From: Myxococcota bacterium
GTDB lineage: Bacteria > Myxococcota_A > UBA796 > CAJQPC01
Direction: 5' to 3'
DNA: 64,000 bases
Assembly: GCA_036012755.1 (NCBI GenBank)
Contig: DASCPX010000179.1
Coordinates: 113,198-177,197 of the forward strand
The notes under the pieces were generated by a model, which was given only the letters and a program-made list of their open reading frames with translations, was not told the origin of the DNA and did not search any database. Positions 46,117-55,537 of this stretch are shown piece by piece (within the stretch, counting starts at the first letter, position 1; each line of letters starts with the position of its first letter). Made by a program: the position numbers and the translations under genes.

Positions 46117-46932
46117 GACGCGCCCGGAGGCCTGGAGGTTCGGGGCGTGGGCCGTGTCCCTGAAGACCTCGAGCCGGGCCCGGGGGAGGCGCCCCACGAA
46201 CTCCCGTCCACGCGGGAGGGGGAAGAAGCGGTCGTGCTCGCCCCAGATGACAAGGGTCTCGTGCTCACCCTCGAGCGAGGGCGGATCGTGGGTGCGGGCG
46301 ACGAGATCCTCGAGGATCGACAGCTGCTCCTGGCGCCGATGGCGGTAGGTCGTCCTCAGCACGTCCGCCAGCACGAAGTCGGGGATCCAGGGGGGCCGGT
46401 GGTAGGCGAGCTGGACGAGGGCTCGCACTCCGCGCACGTCGGTGGGGAGGAGCAGGTCCGGCACCGACCCGACCCCGAAGCGCTGGCACAGCTCCACGAC
46501 GTCGTCTGGGGTGAAGCAGGGACCGGGACAGTCCGAGAGCACCACCTTGCCGACCCGGGAGGGCCAGCGCCGCGCGATCTCGAGGGCGACGAAGCCGCCG
46601 TAGCTCAGCCCGCAGAGATCGAAGTCCCCCGCGACACACTCCACCACCGCGGTCGCTTGCCGTTCGAGCACGCGCCCGACACCCGGTGGGCCGCTCTGGC
46701 CGAAGCCGAGCAGGGTCGGGGCCACCACCCGTCGGACCTTGGAGAGAGCCGCGAGCTGGGGTCCCCACTGCCACACCATTGGGACACCGAAGCCCGGGAT
46801 CAACAGCAGCGGGCGACCGGAGCCGCCCTCCCAGACGTGTACGTCGCCGACGTGTCGCTCAGCGTACCCGGCTCGGCGGGCGCTCCAGCGCAGGCGACGG
46901 GTGTGGAGCTCCGCGGGGCCGAGTAGGGGCAT
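46084..46932 (-). CDS. Alpha/beta-fold hydrolase
   Basis: LLIPGFG, P.LLGFGQS, GLSYGG nucleophile elbow, WGEHD, AHAP. Confidence 0.88.
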   Translation of the reverse strand: MPLLGPAELHTRRLRWSARRAGYAERHVGDVHVWEGGSGRPLLLIPGFGVPMVWQWGPQLAALSKVRRVVAPTLLGFGQSGPPGVGRVLERQATAVVECVAGDFDLCGLSYGGFVALEIARRWPSRVGKVVLSDCPGPCFTPDDVVELCQRFGVGSVPDLLLPTDVRGVRALVQLAYHRPPWIPDFVLADVLRTTYRHRRQEQLSILEDLVARTHDPPSLEGEHETLVIWGEHDRFFPLPRGREFVGRLPRARLEVFRDTAHAPNLQASGRVSRLVVDFLTS

Positions 46933-47044
46933 CGGCGCACCACTAACGGGACATCCGTGCCGGGGCAGGCTTGCCCCGATCCTCGTGAAGGCCCGCCACG
47001 ACGGCGGATCCAGGGTTGGCACGGCCCCTGCAAACACCCTCTCC

Positions 47045-48415
47045 GTGCTCTCCATGCTGCTGGGTTCTACCTTCGCGGCGTCCCTGGACACGGTCGAGGT
47101 GGGTGGCCCTCATGGGACACCGACCTCGACGGATGCGACCGCGATCTGGTGGAATCCATCGGGCCTGGCCGTGGGGAGCACAACCTCGTTTTCCCTGGAG
47201 GTCGCCCCGATGTGGGGTTCGCTCACGGTTGACCGTGACGAGCCCAACGGCGGATCGCAGACCTGGAGCGGCGCCAGTGCCGTGCCTTTCATGGGCGTCG
47301 CTCACAGCCCACGCCGCGGGCCGTCACTCGGCCTCGCCCTCGCCATTCCCTATGCGAGGGGAGGCCTCGAGGACGCCCGCGGCGTGGGCTCCTTTTCCTT
47401 GCGCGAGTCCACGGTCGCGGCCGCCTACCTCAGCGGCGCCATCGCCTGGGATCCCCACCCGAACATCAGCGTCGGCGGGGCGCTCTCCGGTGTCGGAGGG
47501 ATCTGGTCCAGCACCGTCGACATGGACACGGTGCCCGATCTCCACCAGTCACTGCTCGAGATGGGCGAGACGAGCCCCTACACCGACGCGGACCTCGAGG
47601 ATCCCCAGTACGCCGCGACCGCACAGTTCCAGGAGCTGACCGCGACGGCGCTGACCGGCGCCGTGGGAGTGAACGTCGGCAACGACCTCGTCACCCTTGG
47701 GGTCGCCTACCACCACGGCGCGACCCTCGATCACCGAGGCAAGGCAGAGATCCAGTTCGGCTGTCCCCCGGCGGACGACGAGATCGGCCGCTTCGGCGCC
47801 GAGTCGAAGGGGGTCTGCCACACCCGTGTGGTGGCCGACGCTCGCGCCGTCTACCACTTGCCCTCCCGAGTGCACATTGGTCTGGCGATCACGCCTCGGG
47901 AGGGCCTCCGCCTCGAGGCCATGGGGGGCTGGGTCGGCTGGGCCGCTCACGACTCCTTCGACATCACGCTGTCCAACATCGCAGAGAACAACCCGGGGGT
48001 GGACGCCAAGACCGCCGAGTCGATCGAGGGTGACCGACCCAAAGCGGTCAATGGTCAAAACGCGGTCTTCGGCGGAGTCGACGTCAAGCTGGAGCCCCGC
48101 CCGGCGTGGACTGTCGGCGGTCGCCTGCTCTACGACCAGGCCTCTGTGCCCGACCACATGCTCAGCCCGAGCAACGCCGACTTCGACAGCCTGCGCGTCA
48201 CCGCCATGACCGGCGTGCAGATCCGGCCTGGGATCGAGCTGGCGGCCTCCTTGACCCAGGTCGTGAGCGCCCCGAGGAGTACGGACTCCAGCGCCCTGTG
48301 GGTCACCCTCGACACCAACGCCAAGGCCGACGAGGGCTACCAGTACCCCCACGGAAACGGCACGTACAAGAGCTCGATGAGCCGGGCGGGCATCAACCTG
48401 CGCGTGAGCCGTTGA
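47045..48415 (+). CDS. OmpP1/FadL family outer-membrane transporter
   Basis: DATAIWWNPSGL hatch motif, amphipathic beta strands, LP, YDQASVP. The start is GTG 47045 or ATG 47054. Confidence 0.82.
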   Translation: MLSMLLGSTFAASLDTVEVGGPHGTPTSTDATAIWWNPSGLAVGSTTSFSLEVAPMWGSLTVDRDEPNGGSQTWSGASAVPFMGVAHSPRRGPSLGLALAIPYARGGLEDARGVGSFSLRESTVAAAYLSGAIAWDPHPNISVGGALSGVGGIWSSTVDMDTVPDLHQSLLEMGETSPYTDADLEDPQYAATAQFQELTATALTGAVGVNVGNDLVTLGVAYHHGATLDHRGKAEIQFGCPPADDEIGRFGAESKGVCHTRVVADARAVYHLPSRVHIGLAITPREGLRLEAMGGWVGWAAHDSFDITLSNIAENNPGVDAKTAESIEGDRPKAVNGQNAVFGGVDVKLEPRPAWTVGGRLLYDQASVPDHMLSPSNADFDSLRVTAMTGVQIRPGIELAASLTQVVSAPRSTDSSALWVTLDTNAKADEGYQYPHGNGTYKSSMSRAGINLRVSR

Positions 48416-48479
48416 TCACCCTTGCCAGCACGGCAGACGTGGTGTATACAGCTGACTACAGGCACCGAAGGCACGCCTC

Positions 48480-50114
48480 GTGACCTTCCTGATCCTCCTG
48501 GCCACCGGATGCAAGGACGGCATCCTGCTCGAAGACTGGCGGGAGCCTGAGCTCGTGCTCAGGACCCCCGCCGCGGGCGAGCACACCACCGGCGAGACCG
48601 TCCGCGTGACCGGCGTCGCGCGACACCTCGACGAGGTCGAGGTCAACGGAATCCCGGCCGATGTCAGCATGTGGGGCGGCTTCGAGGTCGAGGTGCCTGT
48701 CGACAACGGCATGACCGTCATCGAGGCGGTCGGCTTCCGCGACGACGGCGAGATCCGCTTCGAGCGCCACGCCATCATCAGCGGCCGCTTCGGCGACCCG
48801 GACCAGCCGGTCGAACAGGCCATCGTCGCCCGGGTCAACCAGGGCGCGCTGGACTTCGCGATGCTGCTTGCCCAGGACGCGATCAACCCCGACGAGATCA
48901 CGCGTCAGGCGATGGCGATGAACCCGGTCATGAACGAGGACGGCTGGCTGATGACGGTCAAGGCCGTGATCGACACGGTCAGCTTCCAGCAGCCGAAGCT
49001 CAGGGCGACCCCGACGGTCGACAACCTGCTCATCGAGCTCCGGATCCCGGCCTTCCACGTCGCCGTGAGCAGCTGGGGCCAGATCCTCGGCAACCCCTTC
49101 GACGTCTGGGTGAGCGTCGGCGCCGACGAGATCAAGATCACTCCCGGCCTCGGAATGGGGAGCGACGGCGAGCGCCTGAAGCTGACGGTGGAGAGCTTCG
49201 ACATCGAGCTCATCGGCTTCAGCTTCGACACCTCGCTGTTGCCCGGCGAGATCGAGGACATGCTCCTGGTCGACTCGGTGGTGGAGAAGATGGAGAGCGC
49301 CCTGGAGACCGCCGCCCAGGAGCTGCTGGCGCCGGTGGTCGAGACCGCGCTCGACGGCCTCGACCTGTCCTTCGAGACACAGATCTCCGGCCGCGCGCTG
49401 ACCGGCGAGCTGGCCTTCTCCGACGCCTTCGTCGACACCGACGGCATCCAGCTGGCGATGGACATGGAGACACACATGCCCGCCTCGGTCACCTCTCGTG
49501 CGCCGGGCTACCTCCTGTCAGAGGGTGGGAGCCCCTCGCCGAGCACGAAGGCCGACCTGTCGGTGGCGATCTCCGACGACTTCGTGAACGCGCTCTTCTT
49601 CCAGATGTGGCAGGCGGGCCTGCTGGACATCGAGCTCTCCACAGAGGACGGCACCCTCGACCCTGAGCTGCTCACGCGCCTCAAGGCAGAGGAGGGCACG
49701 ATCCGGGCCCGAGCGGAGCTGCCCCCGCTGATCGGCCAGGAGCGCGGCCGCTTGCAGATCCAGGTCGGCGAGCTCGCGGTGGACCTCGACACCCCGGGCG
49801 GGGAGCTGGGTGACCACCTCGAGCTCGCCGTCGACCTCCAGATCGACGCCGCGCCCACGACCTACGAGGGCGTCCTCGACCTGGGCCTCGGCGAGCCGAC
49901 GATCGACATGATGGTGCGCGACAACGACTGGGGCGCGACCGAGGAGTCCACGACGAACCTCATCGAGGCGATGCTGCCCCTGGACTCCCTGGTAGGTGTG
50001 CTCGGCGGCGTGGAGATCCCGCTGCCGTCGATCGACGGCACCACGCCGATCGACATCAAGATCCTCCGCGACGACAGCGGCGCCCACACGATGGTGGGGC
50101 TCGACCTGGACTGA
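48480..50114 (+). CDS. Lipoprotein with Ig-like N-terminus and possible BPI/LBP-like (TULIP) domains
   Basis: MTFLILLATGC. AIVARVNQGALDF and VAISDDFVNALFFQMWQAGLL resemble the starts of the BPI N- and C-lobes. Confidence 0.6.
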   Translation: MTFLILLATGCKDGILLEDWREPELVLRTPAAGEHTTGETVRVTGVARHLDEVEVNGIPADVSMWGGFEVEVPVDNGMTVIEAVGFRDDGEIRFERHAIISGRFGDPDQPVEQAIVARVNQGALDFAMLLAQDAINPDEITRQAMAMNPVMNEDGWLMTVKAVIDTVSFQQPKLRATPTVDNLLIELRIPAFHVAVSSWGQILGNPFDVWVSVGADEIKITPGLGMGSDGERLKLTVESFDIELIGFSFDTSLLPGEIEDMLLVDSVVEKMESALETAAQELLAPVVETALDGLDLSFETQISGRALTGELAFSDAFVDTDGIQLAMDMETHMPASVTSRAPGYLLSEGGSPSPSTKADLSVAISDDFVNALFFQMWQAGLLDIELSTEDGTLDPELLTRLKAEEGTIRARAELPPLIGQERGRLQIQVGELAVDLDTPGGELGDHLELAVDLQIDAAPTTYEGVLDLGLGEPTIDMMVRDNDWGATEESTTNLIEAMLPLDSLVGVLGGVEIPLPSIDGTTPIDIKILRDDSGAHTMVGLDLD

Positions 50115-50133
50115 GCTGCTCGAGCTGCTCAGG

Positions 50134-50484
50134 CTACGCGTCCAGGCCCGTGTCCTCTTCGGGGCCACCGGCCAGGCAATCCGCGAGGTCGAGCACGAGC
50201 TCCTCGCAGGCCGCCTCGTCCTCGGCGGTCTCAGCCAGCTCCCAGCAGGCCTCGGCGTACTCCTCGAGGGTGGTGCACTCGCCGTCCTCGGCTGTCTCGG
50301 CGGTGGCCTCGCCGTTCAGCTCCCAGGTGCAGTCGGCAGCCTCCCATGTCACGAGGGACGGGCACCGGTCCCGCATGTTGGCGATGACGGCCAATGTCAC
50401 GGTCGAAGCCAATGTCACGGTCTGACCCGCCGCAAAGGGCGGGTCTGACCCCCTGATGATCTGACCACTACTGAGTAGGACCAA
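50134..50484 (-). other. Possible gene remnant with an acidic, Cys-rich C-terminus; 5' part occupied by repeats
   Basis: 50134-50390 reads as coding-like (C..E.C...C...C). 50390-50470 contains a tandem repeat and hairpin, with atypical codons. Confidence 0.4.
50390..50453. repeat. 15-bp direct repeat plus hairpin (REP-like)
   Basis: GCCAATGTCACGGTC at 50390 and 50408. Stem GACCCGCC-gcaaag-GGCGGGTC at 50424-50445. GGTCTGACCC occurs twice. Confidence 0.7.
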
Positions 50485-50529
50485 GGCCGATGCGCAACTT
50501 CCTGTCGCACATCGCCGAGGTCTCGCTTG

Positions 50530-51378
50530 TCACATCGGGCTGTTCTGCAGCCAGGTGACCTCGTACTCCCAAGCCTCGCCGAGATCGACGCCAGCGCGCC
50601 AGGCGTCGCTCGCGTCCATGTCGTCCGGAGCCCAGGCGTGACCGACCGAGCTGCCGTAGTCGGCGGGGGCCTGCACGTAGTCCACGAAGTCGGACCACGG
50701 GTCGGCGCTGACGGGCACGCTCACGGCCATCGGGCCGAAGGGGCTGACCTCGTAGGGACCCTGCAGACCCTCCTCGGCGACGGTGACGACGAAGTAGGGG
50801 GCGTAGGGATGGCTGGAGGCGTCGCGGAGGTCGTCCGAGGCGTACCTCTCGTCGATGACCACGCTGGAGCTCGGCATCGGAGCGCCCTCGTGGATGACCT
50901 CCAGACTGCGCAGCACCTCGTCCGACCAGAACTCGCTCGTCACGATCGCGTGGTGCGGGCTGGGGTCGAAGCTCGTGCCGACGAAGGACACGGCGTCCCA
51001 GCGCATCGCCGGGTGGCCGTCGAGGCGGACGAAGGTGTTGTCGATGTCACCATCGCTCGGGGTGTAGACGTAGACGACACCCGAGCTCGGCAGCTCCAGG
51101 GCGGCGCGGGTCTCCCCGTCGATCCGTCGAAGGTCCACGACCGCCACCAGCTCGATGGCACCGTCCCAGGCCTCGCCGGACTCGGCGGGGTCGAAGGGGT
51201 CAACCTCCGGGGGATCCTCCTCCTCCTCTGCGCCAGGATCGGGATCCCCCGTGGGATCCTCCTCTTCGCTGGCCGGATCGTCCATGTCCGGGGGCGCGAG
51301 CTCGGCGAGCTTCGGGCCATCGTCTTCAACCGGTCCATTCAAGGCGCTACCGGCGATCAAAGCCAGCGAGAGAGTCAT
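50530..51378 (-). CDS. Secreted acidic hypothetical protein
   Basis: GGAGG SD, hydrophobic N-terminus MTLSLALIAG, acidic Pro-rich linker. No family recognised. Confidence 0.65.
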   Translation of the reverse strand: MTLSLALIAGSALNGPVEDDGPKLAELAPPDMDDPASEEEDPTGDPDPGAEEEEDPPEVDPFDPAESGEAWDGAIELVAVVDLRRIDGETRAALELPSSGVVYVYTPSDGDIDNTFVRLDGHPAMRWDAVSFVGTSFDPSPHHAIVTSEFWSDEVLRSLEVIHEGAPMPSSSVVIDERYASDDLRDASSHPYAPYFVVTVAEEGLQGPYEVSPFGPMAVSVPVSADPWSDFVDYVQAPADYGSSVGHAWAPDDMDASDAWRAGVDLGEAWEYEVTWLQNSPM

Positions 51379-51428
51379 GCGGTCTCCTCCAGTGGGTAGA
51401 TGAGGGGAGCTGTCGCTCGCCCACCAGG

Positions 51429-51456
51429 GGATCGGACCGATGCGCCGGCTGTATTA
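51429..51456 (-). promoter_or_regulatory. Candidate alternative-sigma promoter TAAT-N16-TCCGATCC
   Basis: Same boxes and spacing as 29346-29373, 50 nt upstream of ATG 51378. Confidence 0.45.
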
Positions 51457-51702
51457 GGGCTGGACCGCCGTGGAGCGCCGCAAGCGCTCGCTCAACTCCC
51501 CCACCCGCTCGTGCGGCGTCTCGATCCTCAGGGTCGCGTGGCCCTCCACCGGCGGCCTATGAGGACATCCACGCTCAGCGCGAGTCCCTCGAGCACGAGC
51601 GCCCGCGCGAGGTCTCTGGACCGGTCAGTTGGGCAGGGGTGGAGCAAGATGGTCTTGGTCGGGCCGGCGCGAGTGTACGCGGAGCGCGGTAACATCGTCT
51701 CG

Positions 51703-53877
51703 ATGGCGACTTCGGACCTCGACTTCAACGACAGACTCGAACCCAAGGCGTGCGGCGGCTGCGGAGCGGTCGTCGACACCGAGGACGAGCGCTGCCGCGC
51801 CTGCGGCATGCAGCAGCCCGAGAAGGGGTGGGTCACCCTCCCCGAGGACGGCCCCCACCCCGACGACTGGGACGACGAGGCGGAAACGCGCATCGCCGCG
51901 ATCCCGGACCCGGTCCCCACCTCTGCTGCCCCCGCCACGATCGTGATCCCCCCGGCGCCAATGGCACCCGACGGGGCCCTGACAGCCTTCTCCGAGGACG
52001 ACCTCGAGCGGCTCGACGGCGATGACCTCACCCCGATCGACGAAGAAGACGAAGACGACGACGACAGCTACGAGTACGTCGACGACGAGGACAGCGGCGA
52101 CTACGAGTCGGTGGACGATCCGCAGACAAACACCGCCCGCCCGATCCGGGTGCGCATCGCGCCACAGATGCTGCAGAGCGGGGACGAAGAGGAAGAAGAA
52201 GAGAACGACTCCGTCGCCGCCTACAGCGAGGAGCTCCTGGAGGCCACGGCGGACAAGCCGCTCAACCTCGAGCGGGGGGTGATCTACGCGGGGCGCTACC
52301 GCGTCACCGAAAAGATCGGGCTGCACGGGAACGTCGCGCGCTTCCTGGCGATCCAGGAGCCGATGGTCCGACGCGTCGTGCTGCGGGTGCTCCAGCCGAC
52401 CGATATGCCGCGAGATCGCCGCGAGTTCATCGCCCAGCGCTTCCTCCGCGACACCAAGCGCCTCGCCCAGATGGCCCACCCGAACCTCGCGAGGGTCTAC
52501 GACTTCGGTCGTGGCCCCGAAGGCACGGCCTTCTGCACCACCGAGGTGATGCACGGGCTGACCCTTCGAGAGGTCCTCAACGTCGGGCCCCTCCCGATGT
52601 CGCGCCTGCTCTTCGTGCTCCACCACGCCACCGCCGGCCTCGCCGCGATGCACGAAAACGACATGGTCCACCGCAACCTGCGGGCAGCCAACGTCGTCCT
52701 CGACATGGACCAGAGGGGGCGCGATCTGATCCGCCTCGGCGGCTATGGCTTCGGCGTGCTGCTCTCCGACGTCGAAGACGCTACCGGCGAGCTCTTCCTC
52801 GCCCCGGAGCTGCGCGAGGGCAACGAGCCGACGCCCGCGAGCGACGTCTACGCCCTCGGCGTGCTGTTCCACAAGGCCCTCACCGGCAGAGCTCCCGGCG
52901 AGGAGCGCGACGACGGCGCGACCGACCAGATGGAGCTCCCGCACAAGCTCGTGGCGCTCGTGGCGGCGATGATCGCAGACGATCCGAAGGACCGCTTCAG
53001 CGACGCTGGCGCCGTGTTGGAAGAGCTCGGCCCGGCGCCCAAGGGCTTCGAGCCGAACCTCGGCGAGGAGGACGCACCCGCCGCGAAGAGGGCCCCGGCC
53101 CCGCCCCCAACGCCCCCCACGCCATGGCTCGCGATCGCGGCGACCGCGCTGTTCACCGCCGGTGCCTCCGCCGGGGGCTACTGGTACTTCGACTCACGCA
53201 CCCCGCCAGAGGTGGTGATCACCGAGGTGCCCGCAGAAGCAGCCACTATCGACGAGAGCGCCATCACCGAGAGGGTCGACGCCGCCGTCGCTGACGCCCT
53301 GGAGGACTTCAAGGAGGAGCAGCGACTCCTCGACGAGGAGCGAGAGGCCGAGCGCCTCGCCAAGGAAGAGGCCAGGAAGGCCGAGCAGGCCGCCGCCGCC
53401 GCCGCCGCCGAAGCAGCGCGCGTCGCTGCGGCCCGCCCCAAGCCTCGCCCTCCCGTCGTAGAAGAGCCGGAGCCGGAGCCGGAGCCCGAGCCGATCGTCG
53501 TGGAGCCCGTGGTCGTGGAGGTCGAGCCCGAGCCGGTCGTAGAAGAGCCGCCGCCTCCCCCGCCGAAGTACCCGAAGGCGCTCTCACTCAGCGGCCTCTG
53601 GGTCGGCAAGGCCGACGGCGGCCAGTTCGCGCTGACGTTGTCGGTGGACGGCGACGGCAAGGTGACCGGGAGCTCCGCGCGGACCGACGGCGGAGAGACC
53701 ATCTCCGGCAGGGTCACCGGTCAGGTCGTCCCAAAGGGCAAGGGGTGGTCCGTCGAACTCACAGCGGTGTCGAGCGCTGGCGCGATCACGTACTCCGGCC
53801 AGCTCACCGGCACGGAGATGAAGGGCCGAATGTACGCGGGCGGAAGATCCGTCGGCCGCTGGAACGCCCACCACTGA
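51703..53877 (+). CDS. Membrane-anchored Ser/Thr kinase-fold protein with degenerate active site (pseudokinase)
   Basis: Zn-ribbon CGGC/CRAC. Kinase scaffold YRV...RFLRD...HPNLARVYDFG...APE...SDVYALG, but with VVLR, HRN and GYG. One TM, Pro/Glu linker, C-terminal beta domain. Confidence 0.85.
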   Translation: MATSDLDFNDRLEPKACGGCGAVVDTEDERCRACGMQQPEKGWVTLPEDGPHPDDWDDEAETRIAAIPDPVPTSAAPATIVIPPAPMAPDGALTAFSEDDLERLDGDDLTPIDEEDEDDDDSYEYVDDEDSGDYESVDDPQTNTARPIRVRIAPQMLQSGDEEEEEENDSVAAYSEELLEATADKPLNLERGVIYAGRYRVTEKIGLHGNVARFLAIQEPMVRRVVLRVLQPTDMPRDRREFIAQRFLRDTKRLAQMAHPNLARVYDFGRGPEGTAFCTTEVMHGLTLREVLNVGPLPMSRLLFVLHHATAGLAAMHENDMVHRNLRAANVVLDMDQRGRDLIRLGGYGFGVLLSDVEDATGELFLAPELREGNEPTPASDVYALGVLFHKALTGRAPGEERDDGATDQMELPHKLVALVAAMIADDPKDRFSDAGAVLEELGPAPKGFEPNLGEEDAPAAKRAPAPPPTPPTPWLAIAATALFTAGASAGGYWYFDSRTPPEVVITEVPAEAATIDESAITERVDAAVADALEDFKEEQRLLDEEREAERLAKEEARKAEQAAAAAAAEAARVAAARPKPRPPVVEEPEPEPEPEPIVVEPVVVEVEPEPVVEEPPPPPPKYPKALSLSGLWVGKADGGQFALTLSVDGDGKVTGSSARTDGGETISGRVTGQVVPKGKGWSVELTAVSSAGAITYSGQLTGTEMKGRMYAGGRSVGRWNAHH

Positions 53878-53884
53878 GGCAACC

Positions 53885-54376
53885 ATGCTGTTCATCCTTT
53901 TCGCCTGCAACGGCCCCTCCACCAACGACACCTCCGACAGCGAGTTCGGCACTGATCCCAGGCCGGACGACACCTCGGTGATCCCCCAGGGCAGCTTCTC
54001 GCTCTCGGACGGCACCGTCGTCGACGAGGACGAGGACGGGGCCTGGTCACCAGGCGAAGCCGGCGAGGTCCAGGTCACCCTGACGAACACCGGCACAGAG
54101 GGCTTCTTCCACTACCCGGGCGTCCTGCTCGCGGTGGACAACGAGGACGTCGCGCTTGAGACCGACGACTGGTACCTCATGGGGCTGGAGGCTGGAGAGT
54201 CCCACACGGCCACCTTCCAGGCGCTGGCCTCCGGCACGCTGGAGTACGACACGACCATCGGCTTCACCGCCACGGTGGACGTGATCAACTGCGAAGGCGA
54301 CGAGTGCCCCGACCCAGCGGCATACAGCTTCCAGGCTCAGATCGAAGAGGACCTGCCCGACGACTCCGGAACCTGA
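53885..54376 (+). CDS. Lipoprotein with an Ig-like beta-sandwich domain
   Basis: MLFILFAC, DEDEDGAWSPGE..V.VTLTNTG, L.AGES.T.TF. Confidence 0.7.
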   Translation: MLFILFACNGPSTNDTSDSEFGTDPRPDDTSVIPQGSFSLSDGTVVDEDEDGAWSPGEAGEVQVTLTNTGTEGFFHYPGVLLAVDNEDVALETDDWYLMGLEAGESHTATFQALASGTLEYDTTIGFTATVDVINCEGDECPDPAAYSFQAQIEEDLPDDSGT

Positions 54377-54402
54377 GATGATGCCTCTCTTCGGAGGCAC
54401 TC

Positions 54403-55537
54403 ATGATCCTGTCTCCTCGCCTGCGCCGCGCCCGAGCTCCCGGTCGCCGACATCGGACCCGATAGGGTCGGTCACCCAGGTATTCCCTATGTCTTCGACG
54501 CCTCCGACAGCACCGGGGGCTCGGTCCACTGGAGCCTCGGCCGGATCCCTCGAGACAGCCGCCTGGTGGAGCTCGTCGTCGAGGAGGAGCGGGCCTGGAT
54601 CGAGCCGGACGTCGAAGGCGACTACGAGATCGTGCTCGAGGTCTGCGACCAGGGGCTCTGCGATCGTGACGTCGGGCTGGCCTCTGCCTGGGACACGATC
54701 AGCGGCGCCGCGCCCACCGCGGACGCCGGATCCGACCAGGGCGTGAGCCTCGGCAACGACGCGGAGCTCGACGGGAGCGGCTCCTCCGACCCCGACGGCG
54801 ACTCGCTCAAGTACCGCTGGGGCTTCAAGTCAGTGCCGAGCAGCAGCTCGCTGACGAACACCGACTGGACCGACCACTACACCACGTCCGGCAGCTTCGT
54901 CCCGGACGTCGCGGGCACCTACGAGCTGCGCTTCGCCTGCAACGACAAGGTCAACGCAGAGGAGACCGACCTCGTCGACGTGGTCGTCACCGCCTCGAAC
55001 ACGGCGCCGATCGCGGACGCCGGCGAGGACCAGGAGGGGGTGCTCGGGGAGTCGATCTCGCTGCCCTCGGGCTCGAGCCTGACCAACCCCGACATCAACA
55101 GTCGCTTCACCAGCTCGGCGAGCTTCACGCCGGATGCCGCGGGCGACTACGAGCTCAAGCTCAAGGTCGACGACGGCACCGAGCTCGTCCGCGACTGGGT
55201 CGACGTCACCGTCTACACCTACGGCTTCGACGACATCCAGGCGATCTTCGACAGCGACTGCATCAGCTGCCACAGCGGCTCCTCTCCGGCCAGGAGCCTC
55301 GATCTGTCGACCGATGGCTACGACGACATCGTGGACGTGGCGTCGGGGCAGCTGGGCAGCATGGACCTCGTCGAGCCCGGGGACAGCAGCAACAGCTACC
55401 TCTTCCACAAGGTCTCGGGGACCCAGTCGTCGGTGGGCGGAAAGGGCGAGCAGATGCCGCGCACCGGCGGGCCCTTGGGCAGCGGCGACCTCAGCACCAT
55501 CGAGACCTGGATCGACGAGGGCGCCACGGACCTCTGA
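54403..55537 (+). pseudogene. PKD-repeat lipoprotein with C-terminal c-type heme domain; frameshift in the signal peptide and an internal deletion
   Basis: GGAGG-ATG ATC CTG T, then LLAC... continues in the 54566 frame. PxADAGxDQ repeats and CISCH. The last PKD repeat lacks the DGS.S.DPDGD..Y.W segment at about 55063. Confidence 0.72.

Noticed and set aside
53388..53495. (GCC)n and GAGCCG tandem repeats as phase-variation tracts
   Set aside because: Unit lengths are multiples of three and encode poly-Ala and Glu-Pro linkers, so slippage would not switch frame.
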